A stretch of DNA of 64,000 nt. Source: an uncultured Acidobacteriota bacterium (GTDB lineage: Bacteria; Acidobacteriota; UBA6911). The DNA lies in NCBI GenBank assembly GCA_963843575.1, contig CAWJKZ010000013.1, positions 320,001 through 384,000 on the forward strand, in the 5' to 3' direction. The translations under genes were made by a program, and so were the position numbers. Below the pieces are notes generated by a model. That model did not search any database. It was not told the DNA's origin and worked only from the letters and a program-made list of their open reading frames with translations. Shown here in pieces: positions 1 through 8,962 of this stretch (positions are counted from its first letter, which is position 1; each line of letters starts with the position of its first letter).

Positions 1-1004
1 CACTCGCGGCAATAGCGCGGGAGGGTGTCGCGCTTGTCCACGCCGAACCTGAGCTGCTGCGGGGACGCTGCGAGGTCGCCGATCGGCGTGTCCATAATGT
101 TGCCGAGCTTATTTTCCGGGTAGACGTAGTGATCGCAGGAATAAAGGTCGCCGTTGTGCTCCAGGGCCATCGCGGAGCCGCAGGTCTCCCGGAAGATGCA
201 GAGGCTGGAGCCGAGGCCGTACCAGCTCTCCAAAGACACGTCGAAGATCTGTACGTAGTGGCTCCCCACGTCGCCGCGGACCCACTCGTCGAAGATCCGG
301 CACAGGAAAAGGCCGAACTGCCGCGGCTCGACCGACCATTCGGTCACCCGCGCCGGCACGGGACCGGGTGCGATCAGGACAAGCCCGCCAGCGTCAGGCT
401 GCTCCGCCACGCGCTCCACCACCGGGATGAACTGCATGAACCGGCTGCCGATTTCCTTCAGGAAATGGTAGACCTCCACGGGGTGCCGCGAGTTGTCCCG
501 CTGGACGACTGTGAGCGTGTTGAACTCCACGCCGTGCTTCTTCAGGCAGTCGAGCCCGCGCATGACCCGGTCGAACGTCGGGCGACCGCCCTTGTCGACC
601 CGGTACCGGTCGTGCAGCTCCCTCGGGCCGTCGACCGACAGCCCGACCAGAAATCCGTTGGCCGCCAGAAACTCGCACCAGGCGTCGTCGAGCAGGACCC
701 CGTTGGTCTGAAGGGAGTTCTCGACGCGCTTCCCCGCCGCGTACTTCGCCTGCAGTTCGATTGCCTGCTGGAAGAACCCCACCCCGAGGATGGTCGGCTC
801 TCCCCCCTGCCAGGCGAAGGTCACCGCCGGCGCGTCCTGGGCCTCTATGTATGAGCGGATGTACGTCTCGAGCACTTCGGGCGACATGGCCCAGTCGTGC
901 TTTCCCGGGTACAACTTCTCCTTCTCGAGATAGAAGCAGTAAGCGCAGTCCAGGTTGCAGACCGGCCCGGCCGGCTTGGTCATCGCATGAAACGCAGCAC
1001 CCAT
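1..1004 (-). CDS. Anaerobic sulfatase-maturating radical SAM enzyme (anSME/AslB-like); 3' end runs off the window
   Basis: Not in the ORF track because it is open at the edge. Manual translation from ATG 1004: MGAAFHAMTKPAGPVCNLDCAYCFYLEKEKLYP...FAWQGGEPT...QTNG...GLSVDGP, with the CxxxCxxC radical SAM motif and typical anSME N-terminus. Confidence 0.93.
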   Translation of the reverse strand, partial: MGAAFHAMTKPAGPVCNLDCAYCFYLEKEKLYPGKHDWAMSPEVLETYIRSYIEAQDAPAVTFAWQGGEPTILGVGFFQQAIELQAKYAAGKRVENSLQTNGVLLDDAWCEFLAANGFLVGLSVDGPRELHDRYRVDKGGRPTFDRVMRGLDCLKKHGVEFNTLTVVQRDNSRHPVEVYHFLKEIGSRFMQFIPVVERVAEQPDAGGLVLIAPGPVPARVTEWSVEPRQFGLFLCRIFDEWVRGDVGSHYVQIFDVSLESWYGLGSSLCIFRETCGSAMALEHNGDLYSCDHYVYPENKLGNIMDTPIGDLAASPQQLRFGVDKRDTLPRYCRE

Positions 1005-1292
1005 ACCCGCCAAGTCTATCACAATGGGGACGGACACGGATAACCGCTTAAATGCTAAGTACTTAACTGCGTTTTATCGGCCAAAAAAAGGCCTTATTTT
1101 GATTTTTCGAGGGTCATTTCTGCAAATAACCTGCTTCGCCGGCAGGTCGGTTCCCCACGAGATCCGGTCCGGGCTTGTTTTCGATTTCCGAGCCCAAAAG
1201 TGGGAATAAGGCCCTTTTTGGGCTTCAATTATCTCGCAAATCACTGCATTGAAAGAGATTGTTTGGGTCCGTCCCTGTGCTATAGTCGGCGC

Positions 1293-2705
1293 ATGGGCAC
1301 GTTTTCTGAAATCGCGTCGCGGATGGACAAGCTGTACGAGTTTGATAGGGAGCCAGTGGCCGTCAGTCAGCTGAAGCCGTGGAGCCAGTTCGCCGGCCTT
1401 TTCGCGGGCGAGCACGTCGCGGGGACCGAGTTCGTGATCGGGGCGTTTTTTGTCCTGCACGGCGTGCACGCGCTCGACCTGCTGCTCGGCCTGCTGATCG
1501 GGAATGTGCTCGCGGTGCTCTCGTGGACCTTCGTCTGCGCGCCCATCGCCACCAGCACGCGCCTCACCGTCTACTGGTATGTCAGGAAGATCGCCGGACC
1601 CGGGCTCACCGCGGTGTACAACGTGGCCAACGCGATCCTGTACTGCATCCTGGCCGGCGCGATGATCGCGGTCGCCGCTACGGCCGTCGGGCTCGCCATA
1701 GGCATCCCCACCCCGGCACTGACCGACATGCTCCCGAACAGCCTCGCGTGGGTGCTGCTTACGTTTGTCATCGGGATATCCTTCCTGGTGCTGGCGATCC
1801 TCGGCTTCGAGAAGCTGAGCAAATTCGCCGAGATCTGCTCCCCCTGGATGTTTGCGATGTTCATAGCCGGGGCGATCGCGCTCCTGCCAGCCCTCGGCGT
1901 GCACCCCAACCTCGACAACCTGTGGCAGGTGATGAAGTCCAGGGTCTGGACCGGGATTCCGAGCGCAGGTCAGGAGCAATATCACCTCTGGCACATCGTC
2001 TTCTTTGCCTGGTTCTGCAACCTGGCCATGCACATCGGCCTGTCGGACATGGCCATATTCCGCTATGCGAAGCACTGGAGCTACGGGTTCTTGACGGCGT
2101 TCGGGATGTTCCCGGGCCACATGCTGGCCTGGATCTGCTCCGGCATAATGGTGGCGGGCGTCAACCGTCAGATGGACCCCGGGCTCATGGCGTTCGAAGC
2201 CGCAGGCGTGGCCGGGCTCCTCGCGGTGATCCTGGCAAGCTGGACTACCGCGAACCCGACGCTCTACCGGGCCGGGCTGGCGCTGCAGTGCGTCAGTCCC
2301 GGGTGGCCGCGCTGGAAGACGACGATGATCGCCGGGTTGATCACGACGGTGCTCTCCTGCTTCCCGCTCGTGTTCATGAAGCTGCTCGACTACGTAGCGA
2401 TCTACGGGCTCGTGCTCATGCCGATTGGGGCCGTCGTCTTCGCGGAGCACTGGATCTTTCCCGTGGCTCGGGCTGCCGCAGTACCTCACGGAGCGGCGAG
2501 GCCAGGCGTTCAACTGGCCCGCCCTCGTCGTCTGGGCAGGCACGCTGCTGCTCTGCTTCTTCATGCCCTTTCACCTGTTTTTCCGCTGGCTCCCGGGGTA
2601 TTTCATCGCGCTGGTCTCCTACACCCTGATGAACCTGGCGCACCGCAAAGGGGCGCAGCCCGGGAACGCATCGGGGAGGCGCATTCGAAGGGGGGTGCCC
2701 GGTGA
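1293..2705 (+). CDS. Purine-cytosine permease-like (NCS1-type) membrane transporter, with apparent frameshift(s) near 2460 and possibly near 2660
   Basis: About 12 hydrophobic segments; YEFDREPV...FAGLFAGEHVAGTEFVIG...WTTANPTLYRAGLA. The hydrophobic C-terminus (FPWLGLPQY...FNWPALVVW...FFRWLPGYF) continues in the 2425-3003 frame. Confidence 0.75.
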   Translation: MGTFSEIASRMDKLYEFDREPVAVSQLKPWSQFAGLFAGEHVAGTEFVIGAFFVLHGVHALDLLLGLLIGNVLAVLSWTFVCAPIATSTRLTVYWYVRKIAGPGLTAVYNVANAILYCILAGAMIAVAATAVGLAIGIPTPALTDMLPNSLAWVLLTFVIGISFLVLAILGFEKLSKFAEICSPWMFAMFIAGAIALLPALGVHPNLDNLWQVMKSRVWTGIPSAGQEQYHLWHIVFFAWFCNLAMHIGLSDMAIFRYAKHWSYGFLTAFGMFPGHMLAWICSGIMVAGVNRQMDPGLMAFEAAGVAGLLAVILASWTTANPTLYRAGLALQCVSPGWPRWKTTMIAGLITTVLSCFPLVFMKLLDYVAIYGLVLMPIGAVVFAEHWIFPVARAAAVPHGAARPGVQLARPRRLGRHAAALLLHALSPVFPLAPGVFHRAGLLHPDEPGAPQRGAARERIGEAHSKGGAR

Positions 2706-2893
2706 AGGCGAAAGTGACACTGGCGCTTGCGCTGGTCAGCCTGCTCGCGTGCCTCGTCGCCCCACTGCTGCTGTTCAACGGCGTCATCGACGCGCCCACC
2801 TACAAGCGTGTCCTCGTCGCCGCCACCGCGGGCTGGTTCGTCTTTGCGATCGTGTGGAAGGTGGGCGGGGACGGCTCGGACCGAACCCGGTGA
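2702..2893 (+). CDS. Small two-TM membrane protein coupled to the permease
   Basis: 63 aa, two hydrophobic helices; GTGA start/stop overlap at 2702-2705. Confidence 0.65.
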   Translation: MKAKVTLALALVSLLACLVAPLLLFNGVIDAPTYKRVLVAATAGWFVFAIVWKVGGDGSDRTR

Positions 2894-2940
2894 GCGACAA
2901 CCGGGGGGTGATCTTGAAAAAAGAGGATTCAGCCAGATCC

Positions 2941-2970
2941 GTGGGGCCGCGTCGAGCCGTCGCGGCCCAC
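2941..2970. repeat. REP-like palindrome, family A' (GTGGGCCGCGGCGGCTCGACGCGGCCC type)
   Basis: gtggggccgcgtcgagccgtcgcggcccac; related copies at 20653-20728, 28753-28860 and 39320-39347. Confidence 0.75.
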
Positions 2971-2989
2971 CGAGGCGCCGCGGCCGACT

Positions 2990-4093
2990 CTACTTCGTGC
3001 TGATCGTGACCTTCTTAAGTTCCACCCTCTCTTTCGGGGACTCGCCGTCGAGCGGGAGCGTCTGAAAACGCTCGAGCACGTCGAGGCCTTCTACCACCTT
3101 GCCGAAGACGGTGTACTCGTTGTCGAGGCTCGGCGCCGGGCCGAGGCAGATGAAGAACGACGTCTCCGCGCTGTCGGGCTCGTCGGCGCGGGCCATGCTG
3201 AGGGTCCCGCGCTCGTGCGGCGTCGGGTTGAACTCCGGCTTCAGGCGGCGCACGAGGTCGGCGATCCGGAACGCCGGGAGGGGGGGCTGCCGCGTCGACA
3301 GCAGTCCCCCCTGCGCCACGAAATCCGGTATCACGCGGTGAAACGAGGTTCCGTCGTAGAACCCGGCCTGTGCCAGGCGCAGAAAGTTGCGGACGTGGTT
3401 GGGCGCGCGGTCCGGCAGGAATTCCAGCGCGATGTTTCCCAGGCTCGTTTCCAGCATCGCACGGTACTTGCCCAGATCTTCGGGCGAGGTCTGCGAAAAG
3501 GCCGGCGGTGGCGCAGGCTTTGCCGGCCGCAGCATGACCTTGCGGATGACCGGAGGATTGACGGCGAGTTCCTTCTCGGCCGGCGTCTCCGAAATCCGGT
3601 CGATCACCTCGATGCCTTCCGACACGTAACCGAACGCCGAATACTGCCCGTCGAGCATCGGGAGCGGCACGACGCAGACGAAGAACTGGTTGCCGCCGCT
3701 GTCAGGCTTGCCTGGGGCGATCACCGAGGAGAGGGTCCCGCGCAGGTGTTTAACGTCGGAGATCTCTGCCGGTACCTTGTTCATTCCGCCCGTGCTCCAC
3801 AGCCCCCTCTTTGACGGGTCCCGCGACAGGGGGTCTCCCCCCTGGATGATTCCCCATTTGATCACGCGGTGAAACAGGGTGCCGTTGTACGCGCCCTCGG
3901 CCGCCAGCGTCAGGAAAAGCTTGACGTGCTGCGGCGCCTTGTCGGGGTAAAACGAGAGCACGAAAGTCCCCTCGCTCGTCTCGACCACGGCCTGTTGACT
4001 CAGGTCGACGTCGGCCGCCCGGTTCTGGGCCCCGACCATCGGCAGACTTGCGCTCAGCAGGAAAGTTACGCACGCGGCAGCGATCCGAAACAT
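2990..4093 (-). CDS. Secreted peptidyl-prolyl cis-trans isomerase with two tandem cyclophilin domains
   Basis: Signal peptide, then two repeats of APxHV..F..LA..G.Y.GT.FHRVI...QGG...H.RGTLS...PDS....FF.C....LD..Y..FG.V.EG. Confidence 0.92.
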   Translation of the reverse strand: MFRIAAACVTFLLSASLPMVGAQNRAADVDLSQQAVVETSEGTFVLSFYPDKAPQHVKLFLTLAAEGAYNGTLFHRVIKWGIIQGGDPLSRDPSKRGLWSTGGMNKVPAEISDVKHLRGTLSSVIAPGKPDSGGNQFFVCVVPLPMLDGQYSAFGYVSEGIEVIDRISETPAEKELAVNPPVIRKVMLRPAKPAPPPAFSQTSPEDLGKYRAMLETSLGNIALEFLPDRAPNHVRNFLRLAQAGFYDGTSFHRVIPDFVAQGGLLSTRQPPLPAFRIADLVRRLKPEFNPTPHERGTLSMARADEPDSAETSFFICLGPAPSLDNEYTVFGKVVEGLDVLERFQTLPLDGESPKERVELKKVTISTK

Positions 4094-4134
4094 GGCTTCG
4101 ACCTCCAGCAGGGGCTTCAGGCTATCACAAAATC

Positions 4135-4163
4135 GGAAGCCGGAAGCCGCTTCGGGCTTCCGG
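4135..4163. repeat. GGAAGCC heptamer hairpin (family D) between divergent PPIase and uvrB
   Basis: cggaagccggaagcc-gcttcg-ggcttccgg inverted repeat; same heptamer as the array at 23911-24180. Confidence 0.6.
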
Positions 4164-4188
4164 CGCCCGCAGTTATAATAAAGGTGAC

Positions 4189-6274
4189 ATGCCCAGAAAA
4201 CCCGAAACCGACAAGGATCTCTCGTACTCGAACGTCGCCTATGGCCGCGCCATGATCCATTCCGCCCCGTTCAGGATCAGTACGGCCTTCGAACCGCGGG
4301 GCGACCAGGCGGAGGCCGTCGAACAGCTTGCCGCCGGCCTGCGCGACGGCCAGAGACACCAGGTGCTGCTGGGCGTGACGGGTTCGGGCAAGACTTTTAC
4401 CATGGCCAAGGTGATCGAGGCGGTGCAGCGGCCGACCCTGGTGCTCGCCCACAACAAGACCCTGGCCGCGCAGCTCTACCGCGAGTTCAAGAACTTCTTC
4501 CCCGAAAACGCGGTCGAGTACTTCGTCTCCTACTACGACTACTACCAGCCGGAGGCGTACATCCCCTCGACCGACACCTACATCGAGAAAGACGCCCTCA
4601 TCAACGACGAAATCGACAGGCTGCGCCACTCGGCGACCCGTTCGGTCTTCGAGCGGCGCGACTGCATCATCGTCGCCAGCGTCTCCTGCATCTACGGCCT
4701 GGGATCCGCCGGAGGCGTACTACGGCATGCTGCTTTTCCTCGAGAAGGGCCAGCAGATCAGCCGCGACGAGATCCTGCGCCGCCTGGTGGAGATGCAGTT
4801 CGCGCGGCAGGATTTCGGGCTGGAGCGCGGCTTCTTCCGGGCGCGCGGCGACGTGATCGAGGTGTTTCCCACCTACGAGGACTACGCCATCCGCATCGAG
4901 ATGTTCGGCGACGAAATCGACTCCATCGCCCAGATCGACCCGGTGACCGGGCGCACGCTCAAGAAACACGAGCGCATGCCGATCTACCCGAAGTCGCACT
5001 ACGTCCAGCCCCGCGACCAGCTGCTGACCGCCATCGAAACCATCAAGGCCGAACTGAACGAGTGGCGGACACAGCTGGAAACGGAAGGGAAGCTGCTCGA
5101 AGCCAACCGCGTTCATCAGAGGACGATGTTCGACCTCGAGATGATCAAGGAGCTGGGCTTCTGCCGAGGCATCGAGAACTACTCGCGTCACCTCACGGGA
5201 CGCAAGCCGGGCGAGCCGCCGCCGACACTGCTCGACTACCTGCCCCGCGATGCTCTGCTGTTCATCGACGAGAGCCACGCGACGGTGCCGCAGGTGCGCG
5301 GTATGTACTTCGGCGACCGCTCGCGCAAGGAGAACCTGGTCAAGTACGGTTTCCGGCTCCCTTCCGCGCTCGACAACCGGCCGCTGAACTTCAAGGAATT
5401 CGAAGAGCGGGTCGACCAGGTGATCTACGTTTCCGCGACGCCCGGGCCGTATGAGCTGACCAAGTCGGGCGGGGTTGTCGTCGAGCAGATCGTCCGGCCG
5501 ACCGGGCTGACCGACCCCGCGATCGAGATCCGGCCCGTCGCCGGGCAGGTGGACAGCCTCATGGAGGAGATCCGCAGCCGCGCCGAGCGCAACGAGCGGG
5601 TGCTGGTCACCACGCTGACCAAGCGGATGGCCGAGGACCTCGCCGAGTATTACACCGAACTGGGCTTGCGCGTCCGCTACCTGCATTCGGAGGTGGAGAC
5701 GCTCGACCGCATCAAGATCCTGCGCGCCCTGCGGGCCGGGGAGTTCGACGCCCTGATCGGCATCAACCTGCTGCGCGAAGGGCTCGATCTGCCGGAAGTG
5801 TCGCTCGTGGCCATCCTCGACGCCGACAAGGAGGGCTTCCTGCGCTCGACGACGTCGCTGATCCAGACCGTTGGGCGGGCCGCCCGCCACATCAACGGCA
5901 AGGCCATCCTCTATGCCGACACGGTCACCGGCTCGATGCAGGCGGCGATCGACGAAACCAGCCGGCGCCGCGCCGCACAGCAGTGCTACAATGAGCAGAA
6001 CCACATCACTCCCCAATCCATCGTCAAGCCGCTTGATCCGGAAATGGTCAGAATCTACGAAGGGGATTACTACGAGCTGCCGGCGGTGGCCGAGGAGCCG
6101 CCGAAATACGCCTCGGCCGCAGAGCTGGAAGCCGAGATCCGGCGCCTGGAAACCGAAATGCGGGAGGCGGCCAGGGAGTTCGAGTTCGAGAAGGCTGCCG
6201 TCCTGCGCGATCAGGCCAAGAAGCTGAAGAAACTGGAACTGGATTTCCTCACACCTTCCGAGCCGGAACCATGA
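4189..6274 (+). CDS. uvrB: Excinuclease ABC subunit B; frameshift near 4708
   Basis: [35 protein letters not shown], then in the next frame [33 protein letters not shown] and a C-terminal UVR domain ([11 protein letters not shown]). An extra base at ggatccgccggag breaks GSPEAY. Confidence 0.97.
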
Positions 6275-7570
6275 TCCAGAACCGTGTGTCCGTCCACAAC
6301 CCTGGCCGGGACCGTACGCCTCCCCGGGGACAAGTCGATCTCGCACCGATACGCCATGCTCGCCGCCCTTGCCGAGGGGGACTCCGAGCTCGCCAATTTC
6401 GCCGGCAGCCGCGACTGCCACAGCACGCTCGATTGCCTGGGCCGCCTGGGAGTCCGCTGTGTGGAGCAGGGGCATTCCGTGACGATCTCCGGCGTCGGAC
6501 TGCACGGCCTCCGGCCACCCGACAGCCAGCTCGACGCCGGCAACTCGGGCACCACCATCCGGCTGCTGTCCGGGATCCTCGCCGGGCAGCGCTTCACGTC
6601 GTCGATCACGGGCGACGACTCGCTGCGCAGACGGCCGATGAGGCGGATACTCGATCCCCTGCGTCTCATGGGCGCCCGGGCCGATGCCATGACCGGCGAC
6701 CTCCCGCCCCTGACCATCCGCGCGGCGTCGCTGCGCGGCATCCGCTACCCGCTGCCGGTGCCGAGCGCACAGGTGAAGTCCTGCGTGCTGCTGGCCGGCC
6801 TGTACGCGGAGGGCGTCACCGCGGTGGGGGAAACCATCCCCACCCGCGATCACACCGAACGGGCCCTGTCGCACTTCGGCGCGACCGTGAGGACCGGGAA
6901 CGGCTGGATCGAGGTCGAACCGGAGCCGAGATTGCGCGCAACCCGCCTGGAGGTGCCCGGCGACCTCTCCGGAGCGGCTTTCCTCCTCGTCGCCGCCGCC
7001 CTCGTCCCCGGGGCCGATCTCACCATCCCCGGTGTCGGGCTGAACGCGCGCCGGCGGGAGCTGCTCGCCTACCTCGAAGCGGCCGGCCTGACGCTCGCGG
7101 TATTCAACGAGAGGGAGTGCGCGGGCGAGGCTCGCGGAGATCTGCGTGTGCGATACTGCGGCGGACTCCTCGAACGCGGCCTGCCGCCCATCGAGGGCGG
7201 ACGCACGGCGGCCCTCATCGACGAGATCCCCGTGCTGGCGGTCCTTGGGGCGTACGCGGCCGGCGGCCTGACGATCGCCGATGCCCGCGAACTCCGGGTC
7301 AAGGAGAGCGACCGCATCGCTGCCATAGCCGCCAACCTGCGCGCCATGGGGGCGACGGTCGACGAGAAACCGGACGGGATGACGATCCGGGGAGGCGCGC
7401 CGCTGCACGGGGCCGAAATCGACACGCAGGGCGATCACCGGATCGCCATGGCTTTCGCCGTCGCCGCCCTGTCGGCCAGAGGAGAGACCCGGATCCTCGA
7501 GGCAGAATGCGCCGACGTGAGCTATCCCGGGTTCTTCGACCAGATTGATGCGCTCCGCAATGGTGGGTGA
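6271..7570 (+). CDS. aroA: 3-phosphoshikimate 1-carboxyvinyltransferase (EPSP synthase)
   Basis: [49 protein letters not shown]. True start is probably ATG 6271 (ATGA overlap with uvrB) with a 1-nt indel near 6280; the main frame is 6284-7570. Confidence 0.96.
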
Positions 7571-7580
7571 TGCCGTGAAC

Positions 7581-8114
7581 ATGCCCGAGGTCGTCTACCT
7601 GGTGGGGTTCATGGGGGCGGGGAAGACCTCTGTCGGGTGTCGCCTCGCCCACATCATGGGCTACGCGTTCGTGGACCTCGACGTCGAGATCGAGAAGCGC
7701 GCGGGGAAGCGCGTCTGCGACATCTTCAGCCACCAAGGCGAACCGCATTTCCGCCGCCTGGAGGGGGAGGAACTCCTGCGTGTGAGCTCACTGCGCCGCC
7801 GGGTGATCGCGCTGGGCGGCGGCACGTTTTGCTCCACCGCAAACCGCGAGATCATCCGGCGCACCGGAACGAGCATCTGGCTCGACGCGCCGCTCGAGGC
7901 GTTGCTGGCTCGCCTGGGCCGGGACGAGTTGCGGCCGCTGCTCGCCTCCCAACCCGAGATGGAGGAGTTATTCGCGGCCCGGCGTCTTCATTACGCCGAG
8001 GCCGACATCCGGGTGGACGCGCACGGTCCAAGCGTCGAGCAGGTCGCCCTCGGCATCGTCGACTCCCTCAGGAAGGCAGGGCACGCGAGGCGCCTCCGGC
8101 CTGAGCCCGCGTAA
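7581..8114 (+). CDS. aroK: Shikimate kinase
   Basis: LVGFMGAGKTSVG P-loop, DLD, GEPHFRRLE, IALGGG, RPLL; directly follows aroA. Confidence 0.95.
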   Translation: MPEVVYLVGFMGAGKTSVGCRLAHIMGYAFVDLDVEIEKRAGKRVCDIFSHQGEPHFRRLEGEELLRVSSLRRRVIALGGGTFCSTANREIIRRTGTSIWLDAPLEALLARLGRDELRPLLASQPEMEELFAARRLHYAEADIRVDAHGPSVEQVALGIVDSLRKAGHARRLRPEPA

Positions 8115-8726
8115 TCACGCCGGGTTGCGGCGCTCCCGCCGGCGCAGCGCCTTCTCGATCAGGTCCCGCAGCCGCGCCCGCGCGCGGAAAACCTTGAGCC
8201 GCGCCGCCTGCTCCGAGCAATTCAAGGCCTGTGCGACCTTGTCGTACGGCATGTCTTCCAGGTCCCGCAGCACGATCGCCATCCGCTGCTGTTCCGTGAT
8301 CTGCCCCAGGAGCTTGTGCAGAAGGGCGTGGAGTTCCTCGCGCTCTTCGGCCGGCGGCTGCGTGATCACGCCGCGGTTCAGCAGATGCTCGATGGCATCG
8401 TTGTCATCCAGGCTCAAGTCGGTGAAGGTGAATATTTTACGGCGCCGCAGGCGGCGCAGTTCGTCATAGCACTGGTTGACGGCGATACGGTAGAGCCACG
8501 GGAAGAAGGGACGCTCGTTGTCGAACTTCGGAAGCGAGAAGTAGACCTTCGAGAAGATCTTCTGCGCAATGTCCTCGACGTCGGCTCGCCCGCCGATGTT
8601 GTGGTAGACGAGATTGACGATCGATTGCTGGTATTTCCTGACCAGCGTCTCGAAGGCAACCTCGTCCCCCTGCTGACAGCGACCCACAAGGTCGCGATCG
8701 TCATCGGCCTGCGCTTCTCTCGCCAC
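8115..8726 (-). CDS. ECF (sigma-70 group 4) RNA polymerase sigma factor
   Basis: Region 2 (EDIAQKIF...FFPWLYRIAVNQCYDELRR) and region 4 HTH (LRDLEDMPYDKVAQALNCSEQAARLKVFRAR). Confidence 0.93.
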   Translation of the reverse strand: MAREAQADDDRDLVGRCQQGDEVAFETLVRKYQQSIVNLVYHNIGGRADVEDIAQKIFSKVYFSLPKFDNERPFFPWLYRIAVNQCYDELRRLRRRKIFTFTDLSLDDNDAIEHLLNRGVITQPPAEEREELHALLHKLLGQITEQQRMAIVLRDLEDMPYDKVAQALNCSEQAARLKVFRARARLRDLIEKALRRRERRNPA

Positions 8727-8786
8727 GGGTCGATTTTATCCCGAGCGCAGATGGGTGGCCACCGCAAACGATGTGCATTGAGCCAG

Positions 8787-8962
8787 GTGGGTCCGGGCTG
8801 AAGGGGCTGTCCAACCGTTGATTTGCCCGATCCATACAGGATACACGTGGGTCCGGACTTCAGCGCGGACGCTGTTTGCGGTCGCTATAACGTGCGCCCA
8901 TCGCCACATAGTCCAGATCAAAAGGCGTCCGGGCTGAAACCCGGACCCACTTGACCCACTTG
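8787..8962. repeat. REP/REPIN-like element, family B (GTGGGTCCGGGCT[TC/GA]AGCCCGGAC)
   Basis: Inverted pair of palindromes at 8847-8952 plus a truncated upstream copy at 8787; homologous copies at 31905, 43418 and 57084. Confidence 0.85.

Noticed and set aside
4094-4250. LexA/SOS box upstream of uvrB
   Set aside because: No convincing GTTC-N7-GTTC, CTGT-N8-ACAG or GAAC-N4-GTTC site found.
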